A stretch of DNA of 64,000 nt from positions 26,119 through 90,118 of the forward strand of contig CANFCX010000002.1 in the NCBI GenBank assembly GCA_947445225.1, given 5' to 3'. Both the position numbers and the translations under genes were made by a program. Shown piece after piece: positions 20,428 to 29,946 of the stretch. The DNA comes from Rhodospirillales bacterium. Lineage in GTDB: Bacteria > Pseudomonadota > Alphaproteobacteria > CACIAM-22H2. Under the pieces are notes generated by a model. That model searched no databases. It was given only the letters and a program-made list of their open reading frames with translations, and was not told the DNA's origin. Position 1 is the first letter of the stretch, and each line of letters starts with the position of its first letter.

Positions 20428-21453
20428 ATGGGTTACCGGGTTGCAGTGGTTGGAGCCACCGGCAATGTCGGCCGCGAAATGCTGACGACGCTCGCCGAAC
20501 GCAAGTTTCCCGTCGATGACGTCGTGGCGCTTGCGTCCGAGCGATCGGTCGGTTCGGAGATCTCGTTCGGCGAGGACAATGTATTAAAGGTCCGCGACCT
20601 CGCGAAATTCGATTTCAAGGGAATCGATATCGCGCTGTCCTCGCCGGGATCGAAAGTGTCCGCCGTCTTCGCGCCGAAGGCCGCCAAGGCGGGTTGCGTC
20701 GTCATCGATAATACGTCGCAATTCCGCATGGATCCCGACGTGCCGCTGGTCGTGCCCGAGGTCAACCCCCAGGCGATCGCCAATTACGGCCGGCGCAATA
20801 TTATTGCCAACCCCAATTGTTCCACCATCCAGATGGTGGTCGCTCTCAAACCCCTGCACGATCTCGCCCGAATCAAACGGGTGGTCGTGTCCACCTATCA
20901 ATCGACCTCGGGCGCGGGAAAAGACGCGATGGACGAGCTGTTCAGCCAAACCCGCGCGATATTCGTCAACGACAGAATCGAGCGCCACAAATTCACCAAG
21001 CAGATCGCCTTCAACGTCATCCCGCACATCGACGTATTCATGGAAGACGGCGCCACCAAGGAAGAATGGAAGATGCGGGTGGAAACGCGGAAGATTCTCG
21101 ATCCCGATATCGAGGTCATCGCCACCTGTGTTCGTGTGCCCGTGTTCATCGGCCACGCCGAATCGATCAACGTCGAATTCGCGCGGCCGATTTCGGCCGC
21201 GGAAGCGCGCGCCGCTCTCAAGAAGGCGCCCGGCATTTCGGTGGTCGACCAACGCGCCGACGAAGGTTATGTGACGCCGATCGAGGTGGCCGGCGAGGAC
21301 AATGTTTTTGTCAGCCGCATTCGGGAAGATCATACGGTACCGCACGGCCTCGCCTTGTGGGTGGTCGGCGATAACCTGCGCAAGGGCGCCGCGCTGAACG
21401 CGGTCCAGATCGCCGAACACCTCATCAAGAACTATATGCAACGCGCCGCCTGA
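20428..21453 (+). CDS. asd: Aspartate-semialdehyde dehydrogenase
   Basis: VGATGNVG, IANPNCSTIQ, CVRVPVFIGH, DNLRKGAALNAVQIAE. SD GAGGA before ATG 20428. Confidence 0.97.
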   Translation: MGYRVAVVGATGNVGREMLTTLAERKFPVDDVVALASERSVGSEISFGEDNVLKVRDLAKFDFKGIDIALSSPGSKVSAVFAPKAAKAGCVVIDNTSQFRMDPDVPLVVPEVNPQAIANYGRRNIIANPNCSTIQMVVALKPLHDLARIKRVVVSTYQSTSGAGKDAMDELFSQTRAIFVNDRIERHKFTKQIAFNVIPHIDVFMEDGATKEEWKMRVETRKILDPDIEVIATCVRVPVFIGHAESINVEFARPISAAEARAALKKAPGISVVDQRADEGYVTPIEVAGEDNVFVSRIREDHTVPHGLALWVVGDNLRKGAALNAVQIAEHLIKNYMQRAA

Positions 21454-21538
21454 CCTAAGGGCTCGCCGCCATTGGCCTTGTCCCTTGTCGCCAACACCTC
21501 CACCTGATACGACACGGGGAAACCTTTAAGGTCATTTC

Positions 21539-22201
21539 ATGCAGCAATCCGTGCGCATCGCACCGTCGATCTTGTCGGCTGATTTCGCCCGGCTTGGTGA
21601 AGAGGTACGCGCGGTAACCTCGGCGGGCGCGGACTACATCCATGTCGACGTCATGGACGGCCACTTCGTGCCCAACATCACGATCGGCCCGGGAGTCGTG
21701 AAGGCGCTGCGACCCCACACGAAGCTGGTTTTCGACGTCCATCTCATGATCGCCCCGGTCGACCCGTTTATCCGCGATTTCGCGGAGGCCGGCGCCGACA
21801 TCATCACGGTTCATCCGGAATCCGGTCCACATCTGCATCGCACGGTGCAACTCATCAAATCCCTGGGAAAGAAGGCGGGCGTATCGCTGAACCCGGCGAC
21901 CCCGGTGGAGGCGATCGATTTCATCCTTGGCGACATCGACCTTGTCCTGGTCATGTCGGTCAATCCGGGCTTCGGCGGTCAGGCCTTCATCGCCAGCCAA
22001 CTCGACAAAATTCGAGTTTTGCGCCGGCGCATCGATGCCCTGGGCCGGAATGTCGATCTAGAAGTCGATGGCGGAATCAATCTCGAGACCGCGCGCAGCG
22101 CCGCCGCCGCCGGCGCCGATGTTCTGGTTGCCGGCACCGCGACATTCGCCGGCGGCCCGAATGCCTACGCCGAAAACATTCGGCGCCTCAGGAACGGCTG
22201 A
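21539..22201 (+). CDS. rpe: Ribulose-phosphate 3-epimerase
   Basis: [37 protein letters not shown]. Confidence 0.97.
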   Translation: MQQSVRIAPSILSADFARLGEEVRAVTSAGADYIHVDVMDGHFVPNITIGPGVVKALRPHTKLVFDVHLMIAPVDPFIRDFAEAGADIITVHPESGPHLHRTVQLIKSLGKKAGVSLNPATPVEAIDFILGDIDLVLVMSVNPGFGGQAFIASQLDKIRVLRRRIDALGRNVDLEVDGGINLETARSAAAAGADVLVAGTATFAGGPNAYAENIRRLRNG

Positions 22202-22213
22202 ACGCCGGTCGGA

Positions 22214-23791
22214 ATGGAAGGCACCGCCGGGAAGGCGCCCCGTTCTCGCCCGCCCACGTTGATCGCGCGGCTGTCGCGGCTGTGGCGTGACTGGGCCACC
22301 GGCGCGGTTCCACGGCCGCATCGCATTGCCTCCAGCCCTTGGGCCGGCGACCCGAACCGTGACGCCCGAATTTTCCTCGAAGAAAAAGCCCGAGCCGAAG
22401 CCGACAATTCGGCTGGCGCCCGCTTCCATTCCTTTGAGTGGCTGAACGATTTGCGCGCGTCCGGGGACGCGGATGCGCGCGGCCTGGCTCTCGGCGAGAT
22501 TTCGTCCTGGATCGACCTCCATGGCGATCCTAGTACGGTTTCCTGGCGCGCCGACATTCTGGGCGCGCGCTTGACGTCATGGCTGCGCGCTTACGATTTT
22601 CTCAACCCCGACGCCGATCTCGACCTTCGTCTCCGCCGCAGTTTCGCCCGGCAACTCCTCCGTCTCGCGCGCAGCGCCGGCACCGGGCCCGACGGAGTCC
22701 CCCGCCTCCTCGCGATCAAGGGATTGGTCTTTGCCGGGGCCTGCCTGCCCGGGCGGGACGCCCTCCTCACCCGTGGTCTGACCCTGCTCGAGCGTGAGCT
22801 TGGACGCCAAATCTTGGTTGACGGCGGACATGTCGAACGTTCGCCGGCCGCCCAACTCGAAGCGCTGCGTGTTCTTGTCGAGCTGCGCGTCCTCTTGAGC
22901 GAATGCGGCATCGGCGCGCCCGAGGCCCTTCATCACGCCATCGACCGCGTTGCTCCGATGCTCCGCTTCTTTCGTCATGGCGATGGCGGCCTTGCCCTGT
23001 TCAACGACAGCGGCGAGGCGGACGGCACGGAGATCGACGCTGTTCTTGCGGCCAGCGAAGCCAAGGGCAAACCACCCGCCGCGGCGTCGCATCTGGGCTT
23101 CCAGCGCCTGAGCGCGGAGCGCACGCTGGTTATCTTCGATGCCGGCGCGCCGCCGCCACCGGGGCTTGATCGGAGAGCCCATGCCGGCACGCTCAGCTTC
23201 GAGATGAGTGCCGGCCGCGAACGCCTGATCGTCAATTGCGGGGCACGCGCGGATTCGTCCGCGTGGCGGACCGCCCAACGCGCCACCGCCGCCCACAGCA
23301 CCGTCGTGGTTGCCGACACCAATTCGTCGGAATTGCTCGCCGATGGCGGTCTCGGCCATCGGCCGGTGACCGTGGAATGCCAACGCGCCGAGGCCGATGA
23401 AAATATCTGGATCGAGGCCAGCCACGACGGGTACCGCACGTTTGGCGTCATCCACCATCGCCGGCTTTATCTTTCCGCAGCCGGCGACGATTTGCGCGGC
23501 GAGGACCGTCTGACGGGTACCGCGGGGCGGCCTTTTGCCCTCCGCTTCCACATCCATCCCGAGGTGCAGGTGTCGCTCGCGCAAAATGGCGCCATGGTGC
23601 TGTTGCGGCCGCCGCGCGGGCCGGGCTGGCGCCTTCAGGTCGCGGGCGGGCGGATCGGGCTCGCGGAAAGCGTCTATTTGGGCAAGGCCGGCAAACCCCG
23701 GCGTTGCGAACAGATCGTCGTCGACGGAACGATCGGAACCGACGGCGCGGCGGTGAAATGGGCCATCAAACGCCTTCCGACGAAGGCTTGA
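22214..23791 (+). CDS. Heparinase II/III family protein
   Basis: QILVDGGHVERSP, HGDGGLALFN, HAGTLSFE, TAAHST, ASHDGY, RFHIHP. Confidence 0.85.
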   Translation: MEGTAGKAPRSRPPTLIARLSRLWRDWATGAVPRPHRIASSPWAGDPNRDARIFLEEKARAEADNSAGARFHSFEWLNDLRASGDADARGLALGEISSWIDLHGDPSTVSWRADILGARLTSWLRAYDFLNPDADLDLRLRRSFARQLLRLARSAGTGPDGVPRLLAIKGLVFAGACLPGRDALLTRGLTLLERELGRQILVDGGHVERSPAAQLEALRVLVELRVLLSECGIGAPEALHHAIDRVAPMLRFFRHGDGGLALFNDSGEADGTEIDAVLAASEAKGKPPAAASHLGFQRLSAERTLVIFDAGAPPPPGLDRRAHAGTLSFEMSAGRERLIVNCGARADSSAWRTAQRATAAHSTVVVADTNSSELLADGGLGHRPVTVECQRAEADENIWIEASHDGYRTFGVIHHRRLYLSAAGDDLRGEDRLTGTAGRPFALRFHIHPEVQVSLAQNGAMVLLRPPRGPGWRLQVAGGRIGLAESVYLGKAGKPRRCEQIVVDGTIGTDGAAVKWAIKRLPTKA

Positions 23792-23837
23792 CCGCGGGAG
23801 ATCCCGGAAATCGCGCCAGGAAAGGCGTCGCGGCGCC

Positions 23838-23880
23838 TTGACGTTCATGCCATGAACGGGGTATCGTTCACGATCTGAAC
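23838..23880 (+). promoter_or_regulatory. Promoter of the glycan cluster, overlapped by two GTTCA-N5-TGAAC operators
   Basis: -35 TTGACG (23838-43), 18-nt spacer, -10 TATCGT (23862-67). Palindromes at 23843-57 and 23866-80. Confidence 0.7.
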
Positions 23881-23890
23881 AAGGATACCC

Positions 23891-24520
23891 TTGGCGAAAT
23901 CACAGGCATCGACGGGCGCGGGCGACACCGAAATCACACTCGGTCTGCTCAATGCGGTCGAAAAAAACAGCGATCTCACGCAGCGATCGGCGTCCCGCGA
24001 TCTCGGTATCGCGCTGGGTCTGACGAACGCCTATCTGCGCCGCTGCGTCAGCAAGGGGCTGATCAAGGTCAGGCAAATTCCCCGGAAGCGTTATGCGTAT
24101 TATCTGACGCCCAAGGGATTCGCCGAAAAAAGCCGGCTGACCGCGGAATACCTGTCCTCGTCGTTCAATTTTTTTCGCAAGGCCCGCAGCCAGCTCTCGG
24201 AATTGTTCGTGTTGTGCGAACAACGAAACTGGCGCCGCATCGCCCTTTGGGGATCCAGCGAGTTGGCCGAAATCGCCACCTTATGCGCGCGCGAACATGG
24301 CGTCGTTCTGGTCGGCATCCAGGATTCGAGAAGTAAAGCCGACACTTTCGCCGGGCTGAAGGTGTCAAGGCTGCCAGGCCAGCTTGGCGCGGTCGATGCC
24401 GTCATCCTCACCGAAACGCGGGCGCCGCAGGCCGCCTTCGACGAAGCCGCGGCAACCTTCGATCCAGAACGGATCCTGACGCCCAATCTGCTGCGGCTCG
24501 CGCATGGACGGAACCGCTGA
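23891..24520 (+). CDS. EPS-associated MarR-type winged-helix regulator
   Basis: TQRSASRDLGIALGLTNAYLRRCVSKGLIK...YYLTPKGFAEKSRLT, with a Rossmann-like C-terminal part. Confidence 0.85.
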   Translation: MAKSQASTGAGDTEITLGLLNAVEKNSDLTQRSASRDLGIALGLTNAYLRRCVSKGLIKVRQIPRKRYAYYLTPKGFAEKSRLTAEYLSSSFNFFRKARSQLSELFVLCEQRNWRRIALWGSSELAEIATLCAREHGVVLVGIQDSRSKADTFAGLKVSRLPGQLGAVDAVILTETRAPQAAFDEAAATFDPERILTPNLLRLAHGRNR

Positions 24521-24521
24521 C

Positions 24522-25025
24522 ATGCGGCGATGGTACGTCGCCCACACCCAGCCGCGCGCCGAATCCCAGGCCGAAATGCATTTGCGCCGCCAGGAATTCG
24601 ACGTCTACCTGCCGCGCCACAAAAAACAGCGCCGGCATGCGGGCCGCGCGGAAATCGTCGCGGCACCGTTGTTTCCGGGCTATCTGTTCGTGGGCATCGA
24701 CATGGAGCGCCAGCGTTGGCGTTCCATCGATTCCACGGTCGGCGTTCACCGGCTGGTATCGGGCGGAGACGGACCGATTCCCGTGCCGCCGGAGGTGATC
24801 GAGGCGATCCGCGAGCGCGAGGATGATTGCGGCTTCGTGGTCCTCGGGCGGGGGACAACTTTCGCGAAGGGCGATCGGATACGCGTGGTCGCCGGAGCAT
24901 TGAGCGATCAAGTCGGGTTGTTTGACGACGGGTCCGATTCCCAGCGTGTTGTTGTCCTGCTTCAACTTCTCGGCCGCCCCGTGCGCGTGAGGCTTCCGCT
25001 CGACGCGGTGGCCGCCTGCGCCTAG
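24522..25025 (+). CDS. RfaH/NusG-paralog transcription antiterminator
   Basis: WYVAHTQPRAE, PLFPGYLFV, STVGV (NGN domain) and KGDRIRVVAG (KOW domain). Confidence 0.88.
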   Translation: MRRWYVAHTQPRAESQAEMHLRRQEFDVYLPRHKKQRRHAGRAEIVAAPLFPGYLFVGIDMERQRWRSIDSTVGVHRLVSGGDGPIPVPPEVIEAIREREDDCGFVVLGRGTTFAKGDRIRVVAGALSDQVGLFDDGSDSQRVVVLLQLLGRPVRVRLPLDAVAACA

Positions 25026-25103
25026 GCGTAATTGTTCCTGGCGCTCGCCCTCGGCGAGCCCAGTTTTCCGCGGCTTAGGGCGCGGTTGGAGTCAAGTTCC
25101 ACT

Positions 25104-25142
25104 GGGTGAAGGCTTTCACCCGGACTGCGGTAGCTTTGCCGC
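25104..25142 (+). promoter_or_regulatory. Hairpin plus ops-like element
   Basis: GGGTGAA-GGCT-TTCACCC hairpin (25104-21), then GCGGTAGC (25127-34), resembling the ops core GGCGGTAG. Confidence 0.45.
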
Positions 25143-25165
25143 GATCGTAAGGTTTCTTTCCCAAA

Positions 25166-25864
25166 ATGATCAGAGTTTTCATCGGTTACGATCCGCGCGA
25201 GGCGGCGGCGTTCAGCGTGCTCGTCCACAGCATCCACAAACGGGCGACCCAGCCGGTTTGTGTGGTGCCGCTGATGTTGACTCAGCTCGCCGGCACCCTC
25301 ACGCGGCCGCGTGAGAAACTGCAATCGTCGGATTTTTCGTTTTCCAGATTCCTCACGCCGCATCTTGCGGACTACCGCGGTTGGGCGATCTTCATGGATT
25401 GCGACATGATCATGCGCGAGGACATCGGCGCGTTGTGGAACCTCCGCGACGAACGTTTCGCGGTCATGGTCGTCAAACACGATCATGTTCCGTCCGAGAC
25501 CAAGAAATTTCTCGATGAGCCGCAGTCCAAATACGGCAAGAAGAACTGGTCGAGTGTCATGCTGTTCAATTGCGACCGGTGTCGGGCGTTGACACCGTCT
25601 TATGTCAACGCCGCGAGCGGCCTTGAACTCCACCAGTTCAAATGGCTCGGGGACGACTCCTTGATCGGCGAGCTGCCGTCGAAATGGAACCACCTGGTCG
25701 GAGTATCCGCGCCCCGACCCGATGCGGCGTTGGTCCACTACACGATCGGCGGACCCTATTTCGATGAATACCGGGATTGCGAATATTCGGCCGAGTGGTT
25801 CGCCGAACGCGACGACATGATGCGTTGCGACCAGCGGGCGACCGGCCCGGCGAAGCGGCCTTAG
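25166..25864 (+). CDS. Glycosyltransferase (GT-A fold, GT8-like)
   Basis: VFIGYDPRE, FSFSRF, FMDCD (DxD), KNWSSVML, WNHLV, HYTIGGP. Confidence 0.75.
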   Translation: MIRVFIGYDPREAAAFSVLVHSIHKRATQPVCVVPLMLTQLAGTLTRPREKLQSSDFSFSRFLTPHLADYRGWAIFMDCDMIMREDIGALWNLRDERFAVMVVKHDHVPSETKKFLDEPQSKYGKKNWSSVMLFNCDRCRALTPSYVNAASGLELHQFKWLGDDSLIGELPSKWNHLVGVSAPRPDAALVHYTIGGPYFDEYRDCEYSAEWFAERDDMMRCDQRATGPAKRP

Positions 25865-27412
25865 GTGCTGGCCGTGAGCCCCGATACAGGTTTTCCGCCG
25901 GCCCTCGACGAAGCGACCGCGGCGCGGCGCTTCGCCAGCGTCGGGATAGAGGTGCGGGCGGTTTGGCGCGATCTCGCGCTCAAATTGGCGGAACGGCTAA
26001 AGCAGCGGTACGGGTCCAAGATCCATCTTTACGTTCGCAGCCCGGAGGAACTCCGAGCCTTTCAAAAGATGAACGCCGATGGCCGTTGGGACTCCGTATC
26101 CAACAACAATGTCATCCCCGAAGCCATGCGCGCGACCGGCCTGAACGACGCCGACGTCATTGCCCGCGCCCAAGAATTTGAAAAACAGACCGACACGACG
26201 ATTAACCTGATCGCCTGCGTCCACCGCCATTTCGGCCGCGGCTTCAGTCCGGGCAGCTTCCATTACCCGCGATCGCGGCACTATCAGGCGGTCAGCTACA
26301 TTCAGATGCTGCACGCACATAGCGAGCTGCTTGAATTCTGGCGCCGCGAGATCGAGGGCAAGGGCCTGACCCTGCTGCTCCAAGGCGACAAGGATGCGGC
26401 GATCATGGCCCGCGCCCATGGCATTCTCTATCGCCGTCTCGATACCACGCGCTACAAGAACTATTGGTACTGGACACCGAGCGAGTACTACTTCAACCCC
26501 GCCGTCGAGCCGGCCTATCACGCGATGACGTCGTGGCCGGAATCGGATCTCGGCGAGTCCTACACGCTTGCCACCGCAAAGAAGACTTGGTTCGCCAGCG
26601 ATTCGCTCGCCCTTACCTTGCGCCGCACCGCCATGGCGGCCCTTCGATATGGCTATTGGAAGTTACGGCGCTACCAAAAGGCCGATAGCTACGATTTCAG
26701 AGCCTTCGTGGCCTTCCCCATGCGTGAACATCTCGCCTTTCGGCGCATGACGGGAGCGCGCACCGTGCGGCTTGGTGATCTGGCCGGCCGACGGTTCGCC
26801 TATTTCCCGTTGCACAAGGAACCGGAAACGAGCCTCCAGCTGATGTCGCCGGAGCATTTCAATCAGCACGCCGCGATCCTTTCGATCGCCCGCGACTTGC
26901 CGGCCGGCGTGTTGCTCGCGATCAAGGAGAACATGTGGTCGCTCGGCCGCCGGCCCACCGACTTCTACGAACAAGTCGCCGACCTCAAGAATGTCGTGTT
27001 TCTCGATCTCCGCGAAAATGGCATCGATTGCGCGCGGCAGGCCGATTTCACCGTCACGATCACGGGCACGGCGGGATTCGAAGCCGCCGTGATGGGCAAG
27101 CCCGTTGTCACCTTTGGCCGCCACAACATGTACAGCGTGCTGCCTCACGTTATGACGGTCACCGACGAAAGGCAGATCAAGGGTTTCGTCGATCGGGCGA
27201 TCCACGGCGTCGATCCCGAAAAGGCGCGCAGCGATGGGGCCCGCTTCCTGGCGGCCGCGCTTGCTTGCTCTTTCGACATGAAAAACTTTGCCCTGAATAC
27301 GCGGACGCAGACCGCCCGCCTTCAGGATGACGCGGTCGAAAACGCTTATGCCGGGCTGATTACGAGCCTCGCCCTTCCCGAGACCAACCAGGTGGCGGCC
27401 TTGGCCGGATGA
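25865..27412 (+). CDS. KpsS/LipB-like capsule biosynthesis protein (candidate CMP-ulosonate transferase)
   Basis: C-terminal YFPLHKEPE...LAIKEN...TITGTAGFEAAVMGKPVVTFG. Confidence 0.65.
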   Translation: MLAVSPDTGFPPALDEATAARRFASVGIEVRAVWRDLALKLAERLKQRYGSKIHLYVRSPEELRAFQKMNADGRWDSVSNNNVIPEAMRATGLNDADVIARAQEFEKQTDTTINLIACVHRHFGRGFSPGSFHYPRSRHYQAVSYIQMLHAHSELLEFWRREIEGKGLTLLLQGDKDAAIMARAHGILYRRLDTTRYKNYWYWTPSEYYFNPAVEPAYHAMTSWPESDLGESYTLATAKKTWFASDSLALTLRRTAMAALRYGYWKLRRYQKADSYDFRAFVAFPMREHLAFRRMTGARTVRLGDLAGRRFAYFPLHKEPETSLQLMSPEHFNQHAAILSIARDLPAGVLLAIKENMWSLGRRPTDFYEQVADLKNVVFLDLRENGIDCARQADFTVTITGTAGFEAAVMGKPVVTFGRHNMYSVLPHVMTVTDERQIKGFVDRAIHGVDPEKARSDGARFLAAALACSFDMKNFALNTRTQTARLQDDAVENAYAGLITSLALPETNQVAALAG

Positions 27413-28635
27413 CCCTGGAACTCGAATCCCCGCCGCCGGATGTCCGCCGGGCACCATCGCTCCACGACCGCATGCTCGCGAATTTCCGGTTGGCCCGCGA
27501 AAGTTATGTCCGGCACCATCGCAGCCGACATTGGGACCTTTTTCCGCCGGATTACGAGGCGCGGCTTGGCGACGAGAGTCTGTGGCCGGATTTCCGCCGC
27601 AATGGGCTGACCCGCGGGTTCGGCACCTCAAGGGGCGCGCCGGACACGCCCGACGATACGCTCGATTCGCGGGCGGCCGGCAAGTTGGTCGCGGCGTTCG
27701 ACGGGTTGGTCGGGATCACCGGCTTTGAGTTTGTCCGCGATTATCACGAGGCGCGCATCGGCCGCCCGGTGGCTCTGGAACACCGCGGTCTGCTGCTCGA
27801 TCGCAACGATTTGCGTCTGGTCCATGACACCTGGGAGATCGTGCGCCATCTCGGGCTGCCGGCGGATGCGGCGCCGACCTTCGTCGAAATCGGCGGCGGC
27901 CATGGCGGCCTCGTCGCCAAACTCAAACGGCGTTGGCCGCGTGCGCGGTGCATCATCCTCGACCTGCCGGAGGTCAACGCCGTTCAGACCCACTATCTTT
28001 CGACCGCCTTTCCTGGCGCTCGGTTGCTTCTTTATTCCGAGTTCCTGGCCGGCGGCGCCAAGGCGCTTTCAGGCGAGTTCGATTTCGCCATCCTGCCGGG
28101 CTGGACCGCCGATCAATTGCGCGACGAGTCGGCCGATCTGGTGATGAACACCCGGTCGATGCAGGAGATGAACCGCGAGACCATCGGGTTCTATTTCGAC
28201 CGGATTCATCGGTTCCTGCGGCCGGGCGGCCTGTTCTATTGCGTCAATCGCTATACCAAATCGACGGTCGGCGAGCCCATCCGCATTAAGGACTTCCCGT
28301 TCGATGACCGCTGGCACATTCAGGTATCGCGGCCGTCTTTCGACCAGCCTTGGATACATGAGTTGATCGCCGTTCGCTCGACAATGCCGGTCGTGCCGGC
28401 GCCAGCGAGCACACTTGCCGCGTTGCCCCCCTATCGTTTGGCCGATGTCGGGACCGGCTTGGCGACGGCGATCCGGCGGCTGTTCGCGATTATTTTCGGC
28501 GACCATCCCAACATCAATCCGGGCATTCCAGGCACCCTGCGCAACGCTCGCGTGGCGCTGGAGCGGGGTTTGGTGGCTTGGGTGCGCGGGCGCCCCGGTC
28601 TTCGGGCCGGCTTGAAGAAACTTCTGCGCCGCTGA
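27409..28635 (+). CDS. Putative sugar O-methyltransferase
   Basis: VEIGGGHGG, ILDLPEV, NTRSMQEM, FYCVNR. Confidence 0.75.
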   Translation: MTLELESPPPDVRRAPSLHDRMLANFRLARESYVRHHRSRHWDLFPPDYEARLGDESLWPDFRRNGLTRGFGTSRGAPDTPDDTLDSRAAGKLVAAFDGLVGITGFEFVRDYHEARIGRPVALEHRGLLLDRNDLRLVHDTWEIVRHLGLPADAAPTFVEIGGGHGGLVAKLKRRWPRARCIILDLPEVNAVQTHYLSTAFPGARLLLYSEFLAGGAKALSGEFDFAILPGWTADQLRDESADLVMNTRSMQEMNRETIGFYFDRIHRFLRPGGLFYCVNRYTKSTVGEPIRIKDFPFDDRWHIQVSRPSFDQPWIHELIAVRSTMPVVPAPASTLAALPPYRLADVGTGLATAIRRLFAIIFGDHPNINPGIPGTLRNARVALERGLVAWVRGRPGLRAGLKKLLRR

Positions 28636-28647
28636 CGACGACAAAAC

Positions 28648-29946
28648 GTGCGCCCTCGCCTTGTCCTATTTTTCCTGTCGCCGCGGTTGATCGATTGCGA
28701 CAGCTACTTGCCCGTGGCGATGGAGATGAAGGCGCAGCTTCCCGATCTCGACATCCGGTTCGTTACCTTCAGCCGGGAAAACTACGATGATGTCCGCAGC
28801 AACCCCACTTTGGCGGCGGGCCTCGCCCGCTGTGGCACACTCGCCTGGGTCGGCGGCGAGGGGCCGGGCGGTCGGTTACGACGGTCGCTGCGTCGAATCC
28901 GCAAATTCGCGGAACTCGCCGCAAGCCTTATCCGGCGACCCGGGGCCATGCTCTTTCACGGGCGGCAGTATGTCGAACGCCCCTACCGCGCGCTGTTTTG
29001 GCTGAACCGCATGCTTGGCGGGCGCGGTTTCGTCCTGGCCAGGATCCGCATGGTTGACGAGGGGCACCATCCCCATCGGCTGAGCGAGTTCGAGGTCATG
29101 GGGTCGCGCCGACTCTCGTGGCTTGATCGCCTTCGCGGGCGCGAGAGCGACGGACTTGTGCACTACCACGACCGCCAGGAGATGTATCTCCGCTCTCTCG
29201 CGAAATTTGGACGCACAGACTGGCCGCGGCGCGCCAAAGTCGGGTTGCCCAGCGCCTTGCCTTCATGGCGGGCGCTTATCGCCGAGGCGGTGGAGACCGA
29301 ACGCCAAGCGCTCGCCGCCGCGGGCCGCAACGTGGACGAGATCTACAGTTTCTTTTCTGCCAAGGGTTACAGCTCCACCCATCTGCGCACGCCGGAGTCG
29401 GCGCAACGCACCTTCGACAACGTCGTGCGTAGTTTGACGACCCTGCGGCCGCGCGCGACGATTCTGCTTCGGCCCCATCCCCTGGCCCTGCGCGAACCTT
29501 GGTTCAAGGCGGCGTTGGAGGCGATCGGGAACCCCAATGTGGTTCTCAGCTACGCCCATCCCGAAGTCATGGTCGCCCTGTCGCGCCGTGCCTTGGTCAA
29601 CAATCCCACCAACATCCTGTTCACCACGCCCTTCGGCCGATTCATCGATTGCAGCGACTATCGCCCGTCACATTATGAGCAAGTCGGCGAGGCTTCGCTG
29701 GCGGAGGGATATGGCGTCGTGTTCGTCAACCCCGCCCGCGACGATTTCGCCCAGCGCCTCGAATGGGCGCTCGGCGAGGAGCCGTGGCAAGACGTGGCCG
29801 TCTTCGCCAAGCGGGAGCGACTGAGCCGCGACAATCCGCCCTCGATCGCCGAAATGCTGAACTGGTTCGAGGCGTCCATGCCAAACGCCGATCCCATCCC
29901 CTCGGGCATAAGCAACGCCGCTAGCAGTCCGGGGCAACGACCGTGA
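28648..29946 (+). CDS. Hypothetical protein, possible GT-B CMP-sugar transferase
   Basis: Long in-operon ORF with an LLRPHP motif in the C-terminal half. Confidence 0.5.
   Translation: MRPRLVLFFLSPRLIDCDSYLPVAMEMKAQLPDLDIRFVTFSRENYDDVRSNPTLAAGLARCGTLAWVGGEGPGGRLRRSLRRIRKFAELAASLIRRPGAMLFHGRQYVERPYRALFWLNRMLGGRGFVLARIRMVDEGHHPHRLSEFEVMGSRRLSWLDRLRGRESDGLVHYHDRQEMYLRSLAKFGRTDWPRRAKVGLPSALPSWRALIAEAVETERQALAAAGRNVDEIYSFFSAKGYSSTHLRTPESAQRTFDNVVRSLTTLRPRATILLRPHPLALREPWFKAALEAIGNPNVVLSYAHPEVMVALSRRALVNNPTNILFTTPFGRFIDCSDYRPSHYEQVGEASLAEGYGVVFVNPARDDFAQRLEWALGEEPWQDVAVFAKRERLSRDNPPSIAEMLNWFEASMPNADPIPSGISNAASSPGQRP

Noticed and set aside
22214-23791. Heparinase II/III protein as a dedicated lyase of the glycan cluster
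   Set aside because: It lies upstream of the cluster promoter, 12 bp after rpe, and looks like a conserved core gene. A functional link cannot be supported from sequence.
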